Source of the DNA: an uncultured Jutongia sp.
GTDB lineage: Bacteria; Bacillota; Clostridia; Lachnospirales; Lachnospiraceae
Direction: 5' to 3'
Length of the DNA stretch: 64,000 nt
Assembly (NCBI GenBank): GCA_964409845.1
Contig: CAYPEW010000016.1
Span: 383 to 64,382 of the forward strand
Position numbers and translations under genes: made by a program. The notes under the pieces are model-generated. The model was not told where the DNA came from. It made no database searches and saw only the letters and a program-made list of their open reading frames with translations. Below, one piece after another: positions 7,913 to 17,113 of this stretch (its first letter is position 1; each line of letters starts with the position of its first letter).

Positions 7913-9358
7913 ATGGGGGAAAGAAGAGTGGCAGAAGATACAACCAAATCGAATGATAATGAGGATCAGGACTATGAGGATGTCTGTTATATCTGCAGAC
8001 GACCAGAGAGCAAGGCGGGCAAAATGATTAAGATGCCGTTGCCGAATAATAATATCTGTATTTGTAATGATTGTATGCAAAAGACGTTAAATACTGTTCC
8101 TATGAATGGGATGCCTTATATGGACATGTTCCACATGGGGACAATGCCGCCGTATGAGGAGGTTCCTAAGCGGCAGAAATTAAAACGCAAAAAGGAAGAT
8201 AAGCAGGAAGCATCCCAAAAGAAAAAAGCTGACGAAGTCGTATTTGACATTGAACATTTACCGGCACCACACCGGATCAAAGCGCAGTTAGATGAATATG
8301 TGGTTGGGCAGGACTATGCAAAGAAAGTGGTATCGGTGGCAGTATATAATCATTATAAACGTGTACTGACCGATACGATGGATGATATTGAGATTGAGAA
8401 ATCCAACATGTTAATGATCGGTCCCACTGGATGTGGTAAGACATATCTGGTCAGGACATTAGCAAGACTGCTGCAGGTGCCACTAGCTATTACCGATGCC
8501 ACATCGCTGACAGAAGCCGGTTATATTGGCGATGATGTGGAAAGTGTATTGTCGAAGCTGTTGGCGGCAGCAGACAATGATGTGGAAAAAGCCGAACATG
8601 GTATTGTATTTATTGATGAGATCGATAAGATTGCCAAGAAACGCAGCACCAACAGCCGTGATGTCAGTGGAGAATCCGTGCAACAAGGTATGTTGAAATT
8701 GCTGGAAGGCAGTGATGTAGAAGTGCCGGTGGGAGCCGCAAATAAAAATGCTATGGTGCCTATGACCACCATTAACACCAGAAATATTTTATTTATTTGT
8801 GGTGGTGCCTTTCCGGAATTGGATAAAATTGTGAAAAATCGTCTGAATCGCCAGTCTTCCATTGGATTTCTGTCCGATTTAAAGGACAAGTATGATGAGG
8901 ACAGCAATATATTAGAGAAAGCCACGACGGAGGATTTGCGGGAATTTGGCATGATTCCGGAATTTTTGGGCAGATTACCAGTGGTCTTTGCACTGCAGGC
9001 GATGACAGAAGAAATGTTGGTGGAGGTATTGACCAAACCCAAAAATGCGATTTTGAAGCAATATCAGAAACTTCTGGCACTAGATGAGGTAGATTTACAA
9101 TTTAGTGACGAGGCAATCCATGCTATAGCGGCGCAGGCGGCAGAAAAGAAGACTGGTGCCAGAGCGCTTCGCACCATTATTGAAGATTTTATGCTGGATA
9201 TTATGTATGAGATTCCAAAAGATGATCTCATTGGCAGAGTTACGATTACTGCTGACTATATAGAAAAAAAGGGCTCACCTCAGATAGAAATGCGTGGCAG
9301 CGGAGAGATGAAGTTGTTGACGGAACGAACACAGGAGCCGGTTTATCAAGGTGTGTGA
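7913..9358 (+). CDS. clpX: ATP-dependent Clp protease ATP-binding subunit ClpX
   Basis: CxxC...CxxC zinc domain, Walker A GPTGCGKT, IVFIDEIDKI, RDVSGESVQQ, IGF loop, GARALR; start codon uncertain. Confidence 0.95.
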   Translation: MGERRVAEDTTKSNDNEDQDYEDVCYICRRPESKAGKMIKMPLPNNNICICNDCMQKTLNTVPMNGMPYMDMFHMGTMPPYEEVPKRQKLKRKKEDKQEASQKKKADEVVFDIEHLPAPHRIKAQLDEYVVGQDYAKKVVSVAVYNHYKRVLTDTMDDIEIEKSNMLMIGPTGCGKTYLVRTLARLLQVPLAITDATSLTEAGYIGDDVESVLSKLLAAADNDVEKAEHGIVFIDEIDKIAKKRSTNSRDVSGESVQQGMLKLLEGSDVEVPVGAANKNAMVPMTTINTRNILFICGGAFPELDKIVKNRLNRQSSIGFLSDLKDKYDEDSNILEKATTEDLREFGMIPEFLGRLPVVFALQAMTEEMLVEVLTKPKNAILKQYQKLLALDEVDLQFSDEAIHAIAAQAAEKKTGARALRTIIEDFMLDIMYEIPKDDLIGRVTITADYIEKKGSPQIEMRGSGEMKLLTERTQEPVYQGV

Positions 9359-9440
9359 AATTATTCGAATGGTGAAGCAGACAGTTGTTGATATTAGAAA
9401 TAGATTAACAGTGTTGGATAATAGATAGTGGAGGGTAGTT

Positions 9441-9977
9441 ATGAATACTTTTACGGATTTGCAGGATATCGAGGGAGAATCCATTGTTTTAAAAGCGATT
9501 ACGAAGGAGCATACCCCGTTGATTGTAAAATGGCGCAATAATCCCAACGTCCGGCATAATTTTATATTTCAGGAGATTTTTACGGAAGAAATCCATAATG
9601 CTTGGATGGATGACAAGGTGGCATCGGGGGAAGTCGTTCAATTTATCATATATACTAAGCAGTCGGATATGCCGGTGGGATCGGTTTACTTGCGGGATGT
9701 TGATTTAGAGAAACAAAAGGCAGAGTTTGGCATTTTCATTGGCGAGGATGATGCAAGAGGAAAGGGATATGGCAGGGGCGCTGCCCAGTTGATCTGCAAA
9801 TTTGGTTTTGAACAATTGCAACTTCATAAAATCATGCTTCGTGTATTTGCAACGAATATGGGAGCAATCCGTTCCTATGAACATGCGGGATTTGTGCAGG
9901 AAGCATATTTAAAAGACGAAGAGAAAATTGATGGAAAATTTTACGATATTATATATATGGCAATGATTAATGATTAA
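9441..9977 (+). CDS. GNAT N-acetyltransferase (PseH/RimJ-like)
   Basis: WRNNPNVR, AEFGIFIGE, RGKGYG acetyl-CoA loop, N...AIRSYEHAGF. Confidence 0.85.
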   Translation: MNTFTDLQDIEGESIVLKAITKEHTPLIVKWRNNPNVRHNFIFQEIFTEEIHNAWMDDKVASGEVVQFIIYTKQSDMPVGSVYLRDVDLEKQKAEFGIFIGEDDARGKGYGRGAAQLICKFGFEQLQLHKIMLRVFATNMGAIRSYEHAGFVQEAYLKDEEKIDGKFYDIIYMAMIND

Positions 9978-10049
9978 CACAAACAATACAGATAATATTT
10001 GCATAACACGCTGTGCCGGATATGAGTATAAACAGTGTAGAAATGGAGA

Positions 10050-10982
10050 ATGGAAATGAAACTATCAATAGTGATTCCGTGTTATGGATCAGAGAATACA
10101 ATAGAGGGTGTAGTGGATGAGATAGAGAAGACCATCCGAAAAAGAGATGTAGAGTATGAGGTGATTCTGGTCAATGATTGCTCTCCAGACCACGTCTGGG
10201 ATAAGATTGTCAGTTTATCTCAAAAACATGAGCTTGTTCATGGAATCTCTTTTGCTAAAAATTTTGGACAACATTCTGCTTTGATGGCAGGCTACCGTGA
10301 GACGACGGGAGATATTGTTATTTCTATGGATGATGATGGACAGACTCCGGCTGATGAATTATTTAAATTGGTTGATCAGATTGAGGCGGGATATGATGTT
10401 GTGTATGCAACTTATGAAAATAAGCAACATAATATTTTCCGCAATTTAGGAAGTCGTTTGAATGACAAAATGTGTAATATACTTCTAGGGAAACCGAAAG
10501 GCTTGATGGTAACCAGTTATTTTGCGGCCAAACGTTTTATTGTTGATGAGATATGTCGTTATAATAATTCCTATACGTATGTGATCGGCTTAGTGTTGAG
10601 AAGTACCAAAAATATTGGGACAGTTCCGGTCACACATCGAAAGCGGGAAGAAGGAAGCTCTGGTTATACCTTTGGAAAGCTCATTAATTTGTGGTTAAAC
10701 GGATTTACGGCATTTTCGGTAAAACCATTACGGATTGCAACTATGGCGGGAATTATCATCGCTGGTTTGGGTTTTTTAGGTGTTATTTATATTGTGATCA
10801 ATAAAATGATAAATCCTTTAGTGCCTTTGGGATGGAGTTCTACCATGACGGTGCTCTGTATTATCGGGGGATTAATTCTATTTACGCTGGGAATGATTGG
10901 AGAATACCTGGGCAGGGTTTATATCAGTATTAATGATGCTCCACAATATGTGATACGAGAAAAAACGGATGATTCAAAATAG
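10050..10982 (+). CDS. GT2 polyprenyl-phosphate glycosyltransferase (GtrB/ArnC-like)
   Basis: SIVIPCY, VNDCSPD, KNFGQHSAL, MDDDGQ, two C-terminal TM helices, GEYLGRVY. Confidence 0.9.
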   Translation: MEMKLSIVIPCYGSENTIEGVVDEIEKTIRKRDVEYEVILVNDCSPDHVWDKIVSLSQKHELVHGISFAKNFGQHSALMAGYRETTGDIVISMDDDGQTPADELFKLVDQIEAGYDVVYATYENKQHNIFRNLGSRLNDKMCNILLGKPKGLMVTSYFAAKRFIVDEICRYNNSYTYVIGLVLRSTKNIGTVPVTHRKREEGSSGYTFGKLINLWLNGFTAFSVKPLRIATMAGIIIAGLGFLGVIYIVINKMINPLVPLGWSSTMTVLCIIGGLILFTLGMIGEYLGRVYISINDAPQYVIREKTDDSK

Positions 10983-11044
10983 ATCCATAATTTATGGAAA
11001 ATGTCACGGTAATAAAACAGATGCATATAATACAATAATTATCT

Positions 11045-12820
11045 ATGCAGGCTGGGATAAGTGATATGGATGTGAATTGCCGGGAACAGATTTACTCGGA
11101 GGAATACATTGATTATCTGGTGGAGCATGTAGGAGATAATTCAAAAATACCAGAGTGGTATTTCTCGAATTGTTTTCAGATTGCATGTAATCGTTATGCC
11201 GTTTTATATCTTCAAGAGGGGCGTGTTAAATATGAAAACTGGTCTGGTGTGTATGTGATTCCCCGGGCCTTTGGACTACTGTCTTCTGATGAGACTCTGG
11301 AGGAAATGGGTGTGGCACAGGTACAGCGGATGACGAACCTAAATCTGACAGGGCAAGGTGTAATGATTGGATTTGTGGATACAGGAATTGACTATACCCA
11401 TCCAGCATTTATTAACGCAGATGGTACCAGTCGAATTTTGAGCATCTGGGATCAGACTATACAAGAGAAGCCGGAAGGCGGTCTTGGGACTGTTCCAGAT
11501 GGTTTTTTATTTGGAATGGAATATAATTCAGATGAAATTACGTTAGCTTTGGCCGCTGATGATCCATGGTCGGTGGTGCCCAGTCGGGATGAAAATGGTC
11601 ACGGAACCTTTGTAGCAGGAGTAGCCTGTGGGAATCGCAATGATGATCGCGGCTTTACAGGGGTGGCGCCACTGGCATCGATCTGTGTGGTGAAATGTAA
11701 GGAGGCAAAACAGAATTTTAGGGATTATTATCAGATACAAGGAGATGAACCATGCTATTCCGAAAGCGATATTATGCTGGGTATTCGATATTTATGGAAT
11801 CAGGCCATCAAGAGAGAATTACCGTTAGTGGTATGTCTGGGGATGGGAACCAATCAGGGCGGACACAATACGGGAGGAATTTTAGGAGAAATGATGTCCT
11901 TCTACGGTTCTTATCGAGGAACTTTCATGGTTAGTGCTGCCGGGAATGAAGCCAATTCATCCCATCATTATTATAGCGGTCAGCTTAGTCCCGGAGAAAA
12001 TGCAGAGGTAGAATTAAGAATTGGTCCAGGCAGAGGTGGATTTACCATGGAGCTTTGGAGTGGGGCGCCTGGCAGATATTCGGTAGGCTTAGTTTCACCC
12101 AGCGGTGAATTTAGTGGCAGGACGATAGCTCGGTTAGGAGAACGCAATGAAATCCGCTTTTTATTCGAACAGACCACAGTTGAGGTAGAATATTTGCTGG
12201 TTTCAGCAGAAAGTGGAGACGAATGTATACGGATAAAATTCAAAGAGCCACAGGGTGGGATATGGCGTCTGCGTGTATTTAATGAAAACAACATGGAAAG
12301 TAATTTTCATATCTGGCTGCCTATACGGAACTTTATCAGTGATGAAACGTATTTCTTGCAGGCAGATCCTAATGTAACGATTTGTGATCCAGGAAATAGT
12401 GTTGGTATTATTACGACAGGATTTTATAATGGTAACACGGGTGGTATCTCTATTGATTCCAGTCGCGGTTACACCCGGCTTGGCTTGGTAAAACCGGATA
12501 TTGTGGCACCTGGAGTCAATATTTTAGGACCATTACCAGGGATCGGTCTTCCACCCCAGTCCATGACAGAACGAGAAACGTATGCCAGATACGATAGCCA
12601 GAGTGGATCCAGTGCCGCAGCTGCATTAACGGCTGGTACAGTTGCTCTCCTGGTGGAGTGGGGACTGGTCAGACGTAATGACATATCTATGGATACTGTT
12701 ACAGTCCAAAAGTATTTAATACAGGGAGCGAATCCCGCAGGTAGCGTGACGCCAAATCAAGCGTGGGGAAATGGTCAGCTGGATCTATTTGGGGTGTTTG
12801 ATGTTCTTCGTCCGAAGTAA
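11045..12820 (+). CDS. S8 subtilase, Csp spore-germination protease family
   Basis: Triad motifs FVDTGID, DENGHGT, SGSSAAA; large insertion within the subtilase domain as in Csp proteins; start may be 11066. Confidence 0.85.
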   Translation: MQAGISDMDVNCREQIYSEEYIDYLVEHVGDNSKIPEWYFSNCFQIACNRYAVLYLQEGRVKYENWSGVYVIPRAFGLLSSDETLEEMGVAQVQRMTNLNLTGQGVMIGFVDTGIDYTHPAFINADGTSRILSIWDQTIQEKPEGGLGTVPDGFLFGMEYNSDEITLALAADDPWSVVPSRDENGHGTFVAGVACGNRNDDRGFTGVAPLASICVVKCKEAKQNFRDYYQIQGDEPCYSESDIMLGIRYLWNQAIKRELPLVVCLGMGTNQGGHNTGGILGEMMSFYGSYRGTFMVSAAGNEANSSHHYYSGQLSPGENAEVELRIGPGRGGFTMELWSGAPGRYSVGLVSPSGEFSGRTIARLGERNEIRFLFEQTTVEVEYLLVSAESGDECIRIKFKEPQGGIWRLRVFNENNMESNFHIWLPIRNFISDETYFLQADPNVTICDPGNSVGIITTGFYNGNTGGISIDSSRGYTRLGLVKPDIVAPGVNILGPLPGIGLPPQSMTERETYARYDSQSGSSAAAALTAGTVALLVEWGLVRRNDISMDTVTVQKYLIQGANPAGSVTPNQAWGNGQLDLFGVFDVLRPK

Positions 12821-13034
12821 GGTTAAGTTCCCGCATGTCCCGCAAAATAATGCTATATCGGAGATAGGCAGCATTTAATTCATAAATATAACTGTCTATC
12901 ATATCCGGATCATCGACGGCATCCAGACCGGTATATGCATTTTCCAGACTTCGCTGTGCTTCTAATAAAGATTTCTTTAGGAAAGTCTCTCGTTTGGGAG
13001 GCTTTTTCTGTTTTTGTTTTATTGATAAATTCAT
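12699..13034 (-). CDS. YaaL (DUF2508) family protein
   Basis: LENAY...DPDMIDSYIYELNAAYLRY motif; next to bofA. Confidence 0.8.
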   Translation of the reverse strand: MNLSIKQKQKKPPKRETFLKKSLLEAQRSLENAYTGLDAVDDPDMIDSYIYELNAAYLRYSIILRDMRELNLTSDEEHQTPQIDPADHFPTLDLASRYLRDSLPVLNTFGL

Positions 13035-13156
13035 AGGAATCCTTTCCTGCGTTGTGCTAACGCATATAAGGTGTCAAATGCCTCTTTAGGGCTTAACCGA
13101 CACAAATATGTGAAACCAACATGATCATCTGGTATCCAAATTATGGTAGTTATTAA

Positions 13157-13186
13157 TAGTATAAGCAGGAAATCTCCGATTTATAC
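13157..13186 (-). promoter_or_regulatory. putative sigma-G/F promoter of the yaaL-like gene
   Basis: GTATA-18 nt-TATACTA on the minus strand. Confidence 0.5.
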
Positions 13187-13225
13187 ACCTCTGGACTTTG
13201 TTTGTCCTAAAAATAGTCTTTTTTG

Positions 13226-13233
13226 CATAGAGT
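13226..13233 (+). promoter_or_regulatory. putative sigma-E -10 element for bofA
   Basis: CATAGAGT fits CATAnnnT; bofA is sigma-E dependent in Bacillus subtilis. Confidence 0.4.
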
Positions 13234-13265
13234 GTAAAAAAGAAATTGGTCAGGTACGGGCAGTG

Positions 13266-13815
13266 GTTACCATTCACAGTTATTTTTGAGACGGAATAAT
13301 TTTCTGTTATCCGTCAGATCCTGGTATTCGTCCTATTGTTTCGCTCTGGTTTTGTCGGCAACGTCCGAATTAGTCAAAATTTAACCCTGCCGTAGTGCAA
13401 TAGCCTTTCGTGAGAAACTTTGTCGTATATGCTGTATCTGTGCGTGCTCGTGAACTTTATCTGTAAGGCGCTGCAGGTTTTCGGTTATGTGTTTCAGGCA
13501 CGCTTTCGCTATGTTTCATACGCAACGGTACATAACGAGGTATAGAACACCTCGTAAGTACCGGCGTATTCAAAATGCCTGAACACATAACACGAAAACG
13601 CAGCTTGCCTGCAGATAAATATTGTGAAAGAGCACGCTAATAAACAGATACAGCAAACGACAAAAAGTTTCTCCGAAAGGCGTAAACTTGCCAGGCAGGG
13701 CAAATTTTGTCTATTCGGACATTGCGATACATTTTCTGGCGAAACAACAGGATGAAACAAATAATTGACGGATAACAGAAAATTATCTATGACAAAAATG
13801 ACTGTGAATGGTAAC
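13266..13815. mobile_element. 550-bp foldback (whole-length palindromic) MITE-like element with 8-bp target-site duplication
   Basis: 23-bp terminal inverted repeats (22/23 matched), nested paired arms running to a central ACGAGGT-ATAGAAC-ACCTCGT hairpin, GGGCAGTG repeated at 13258-13265 and 13816-13823. Confidence 0.88.
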
Positions 13816-13870
13816 GGGCAGTGTGTTTTTTGCATGAAAAAAGCTCGGGTGCCTAGCTGAAAGGTGGCAT

Positions 13871-14140
13871 TTGATGTTAAATACCATAATGATTCTGGTA
13901 ATTTTTCTTGTATTCTTGCGATGTCTGGGTTGTAAGGTAGAAATTTTGCTTCTGCGTATGATAGGAAGATGTCTTTCTGGCGTGATTATTCTATATGTCT
14001 GCAATTTTTTCCTGCTGCAAATGAATGAAAATTTTGTGGTAAATATCAACGAAATGACGTTGGCAGTTTTGGCACTTTTGGGGATGCCAGGTGTTTTTTT
14101 TCTATATTTTCTTCGTTGGTTTTTACTAATTCTTCCTTGA
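13871..14140 (+). CDS. bofA: pro-sigmaK processing inhibitor BofA family
   Basis: Small hydrophobic protein with VNINEMTLAVLALLGMPGV motif; next to yaaL. Confidence 0.8.
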   Translation: MMLNTIMILVIFLVFLRCLGCKVEILLLRMIGRCLSGVIILYVCNFFLLQMNENFVVNINEMTLAVLALLGMPGVFFLYFLRWFLLILP

Positions 14141-14236
14141 ATTTTTGTGAAATAGTACCAAAGTTTCGGGTGCTTGACATGCTTATTTGCCAGGTGCTAT
14201 AGTGGCGGCACACTTTTGGAAGGGAGGTGCTGTCAC

Positions 14237-14743
14237 ATGAATGTGCTGTTTACCGGATGGATTTTGACAGCGGCAGCGTATGGCGATTGGAGAGAACGCC
14301 GGATTGCCAATATATGGATCCTGCTGGGCTGGTGTCTGGGAATAATTTGTCGATTATGGGAAGGAGGTATCCAGGCACTTGCTATGGGATTTGTTGCTCT
14401 GATGATTCCATTGATGATAGGGTGGCCCCTGCATCGCATGGGAGGAATTGGAGCAGGAGATATCAAGTTATGTTCGGTAATCAGCCTGTTATGTGGTTTG
14501 AATTTCCTGGGGAAAGTGCTTGTGATCATGAGTGTGATTGCAGGGGTGTTGTCATTGATACAACTTTGGAGAAAGGCAGAGTTGCGACAGAGATGTATTT
14601 CCCTGCTGGTGTATCTATGGGAGCAGCGATATCGATATGAAAAATATTATCAGTCGGGCTCCGGGCAGAGGGATCGAGTGATCCCTCTAGCACCAATCAC
14701 ATGGATCGCATATATGATTGTACTGCTGATGGGGAAATATTAG
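14237..14743 (+). CDS. A24 prepilin peptidase (CpaA/TadV)
   Basis: D...RRIAN and GAGDIK aspartyl motifs, IPLAP near C-terminus; first gene of the tad locus. Confidence 0.85.
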   Translation: MNVLFTGWILTAAAYGDWRERRIANIWILLGWCLGIICRLWEGGIQALAMGFVALMIPLMIGWPLHRMGGIGAGDIKLCSVISLLCGLNFLGKVLVIMSVIAGVLSLIQLWRKAELRQRCISLLVYLWEQRYRYEKYYQSGSGQRDRVIPLAPITWIAYMIVLLMGKY

Positions 14744-14840
14744 TAATAGACTGATGGTGCAGGAAAAACAGAAATGCGTCTGATATAAAAATAGCATTAC
14801 AAATATGATTACGATGGCAGGGATAAAAGGGGGAATTTAC

Positions 14841-15785
14841 GTGAAGAAGATACTGGTGGCAATGTTCGATCAGGAAGGATATACCAGGAGACTGGCGACC
14901 TATCTGAATCACCATCAGAATTCTATGATGGAAGTTCGTTTATTTACCAACGAAGAAAGCTTAAAGCAGTTTTTGAAGCAGGGACCAGTAGAGATGCTGC
15001 TGGTGGCAGAACGGGATTGGGATCCTCGCTGGGAGAGGGATGCAAAAATTCATCGGTTGATTTTTCTTTCCGATGGAGATGTGGTCAGAGAGGGGATGAA
15101 TCATCCGGTTATATTTAAGTATCAATCGGCAGAGAGTATTGTGCAGGAATTATTAGCTGTTATTGCCGATGATGATGGAATGCAGGTTAAGACCAAGAGA
15201 GTGACATCGGATTATGTTGAATTTATTGGTGTATATTCACCTTATGGTGGAGCAGGTGTCAGTACATTTTCCTACGAAATGGCAAAAGAGTATGGCATGC
15301 AATATACCACATTATATCTTAATTTGGAATTATTTCATGGAATGCCGGAGCATAGTATTGGTAAGTGGAGAGAGTTTACACCAGTGGAGGAAAGCAGAGG
15401 AATGTCAGAGCTGATCTTTTATCTACGTCAACATAAAGAAAAGATTGCTGTGAAATTACAATCTCTGATTCGGATGCAGGATGGCATTGCTGTGATTCGT
15501 GCGGTGGAGGATTACCGTGATTTATATAGTATGACAGTAACGGATATGCAGCGATTACTACATGTATTGGCAGAGGAAACCGAGTACCAGAAGGTATTTT
15601 TTGATATCGGGTATATTGGGGAAAGTGCATTAGAGTTGATGCGATGCTGTGATGTTTTGTATCTGCCAAATGCGCAGAGTGAAATACAACACAATAAACA
15701 AATTGCATTTGAACAGTTATTAATTCGTGAGGGGGAACGGGAGATGTTAGAACGAATTCGTTATGTATCCATGAAGAAAGAATGA
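14841..15785 (+). CDS. CpaE/TadZ-like pilus assembly protein
   Basis: Receiver-like N-terminus, KYQSAE, degenerate P-loop SPYGGAGVST; upstream of CpaF. Confidence 0.7.
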   Translation: MKKILVAMFDQEGYTRRLATYLNHHQNSMMEVRLFTNEESLKQFLKQGPVEMLLVAERDWDPRWERDAKIHRLIFLSDGDVVREGMNHPVIFKYQSAESIVQELLAVIADDDGMQVKTKRVTSDYVEFIGVYSPYGGAGVSTFSYEMAKEYGMQYTTLYLNLELFHGMPEHSIGKWREFTPVEESRGMSELIFYLRQHKEKIAVKLQSLIRMQDGIAVIRAVEDYRDLYSMTVTDMQRLLHVLAEETEYQKVFFDIGYIGESALELMRCCDVLYLPNAQSEIQHNKQIAFEQLLIREGEREMLERIRYVSMKKE

Positions 15786-15856
15786 TGTTGTAAATGACAT
15801 AGAGGCGTGGCTGATATAAGGAGTATCAGTTAATTCTATTACGATAAGGAGGAATA

Positions 15857-17113
15857 GTGTACTTGAAACAGGACAAGAGGGCGTGGGAGAGGGAGATACA
15901 GGAACAGATTGGTAACGAGGTATTGCAGGCTATTGACAGAGAACACGCCATGGATGATGAGGAGATCTGGGAGGCAATTCAAGATCGTGTACTAAAAATG
16001 GGACAAAAAAGATATCTGACCTTAGAGGAAAAACAGGAGCTAATACAGAATATTTTTAACTCATTGCGAAAACTGGATGTACTGCAGGAATTATTAGAGG
16101 ATGAAGAAATAACAGAGATTATGGTAAACGGAGCAGATCATATCTTTGTGGAGAAGAATGGTAGATTGCAGTGTTATCCCAGAGCCTTTTCCAGCAGAAG
16201 AAAACTGGAAGATGTGATACAACAAATAGTCAGCAGGATGAACCGTATGGTAAACGAAGCAAATCCCATTGTAGATGTTAGGCTGGAGGATGGGTCTCGA
16301 GTAAATGTTGTGTTACCGCCAGTGGCAATTAATGGTCCCATTGTTACGATACGAAAGTTTCCGTCCCATCCGATTACAATGGACAAGTTGATTGCAATAG
16401 GGTCCATTAGCAGTCAGGCAGCAGATTTTCTAAAAGTCTTGGTTCGTGCCGGATATAACATCTTTATCAGCGGGGGAACCGGCAGCGGTAAGACAACTTT
16501 CCTCAATGCATTATCCAATTACATTCCGTCCGATGAAAGGATTATCACAATTGAAGATTCTGCAGAACTTCAGATTCAGGGAATAGCTAATCTGGTCAGT
16601 CTGGAAGCCAGAGGAGCCAATTTAGAAGGAAGAAATGCAGTAACCATACGGGATCTGATTATATCGGCACTTCGGATGCGTCCAGATCGTATTATATTAG
16701 GAGAAGTAAGAGATGCAGCAGCATGTGAATTGCTGAGTGCCATGAATACCGGGCATGATGGCAGTCTCTCGACGGGACATGCCAATAGTCCAGAGGATAT
16801 GTTATCCCGATTGGAAACCTTAGTTCTAACAGGAATGGATATTCCCATTGAGGCGGTACGATGTCAGATTGCATCGGCAATTGATATTGTGATACAGCTG
16901 GGGCGATTACGGGACAAGAGCCGCCGTGTCTTAATGATTACAGAAATTCGAGGCATAGAGGGTGAAAGAATCCAGTTTAATCCATTGTATCAATTTGTAG
17001 AAGCGGGAGAGGGAGCGGATGGCAGCGTGTTAGGACAGATGAAATGGAGTGGTAATTGTATTCAGGATGATGGAAAGTTAGTACGTGCCGGATTGGAGGT
17101 TAGTTATGAATAA
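15857..17113 (+). CDS. CpaF/TadA pilus assembly ATPase
   Basis: EIMVNG, IRKF, Walker A GGTGSGKT, IEDSAEL, LRMRPDRIILGEVR, MNTGHDG. Confidence 0.95.
   Translation: MYLKQDKRAWEREIQEQIGNEVLQAIDREHAMDDEEIWEAIQDRVLKMGQKRYLTLEEKQELIQNIFNSLRKLDVLQELLEDEEITEIMVNGADHIFVEKNGRLQCYPRAFSSRRKLEDVIQQIVSRMNRMVNEANPIVDVRLEDGSRVNVVLPPVAINGPIVTIRKFPSHPITMDKLIAIGSISSQAADFLKVLVRAGYNIFISGGTGSGKTTFLNALSNYIPSDERIITIEDSAELQIQGIANLVSLEARGANLEGRNAVTIRDLIISALRMRPDRIILGEVRDAAACELLSAMNTGHDGSLSTGHANSPEDMLSRLETLVLTGMDIPIEAVRCQIASAIDIVIQLGRLRDKSRRVLMITEIRGIEGERIQFNPLYQFVEAGEGADGSVLGQMKWSGNCIQDDGKLVRAGLEVSYE

Noticed and set aside
11045..12820. CspC-like pseudoprotease call
   Set aside because: Asp, His and Ser motif residues all appear present (DTG, HGT, GSS), so inactivity is not supported.
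13266..13815. Retron msr-msd, CRISPR array or assembly artefact explanation for the long hairpin
   Set aside because: No reverse transcriptase or cas gene in the window and no repeat-spacer periodicity. The arms are diverged with many indels and bounded by an exact 8-bp duplication, unlike a chimeric inverted read.
13509..13835. 108-aa ORF on the minus strand within the foldback element
   Set aside because: No recognisable motifs or RBS; crosses the element boundary; better explained as a chance ORF in palindromic DNA.
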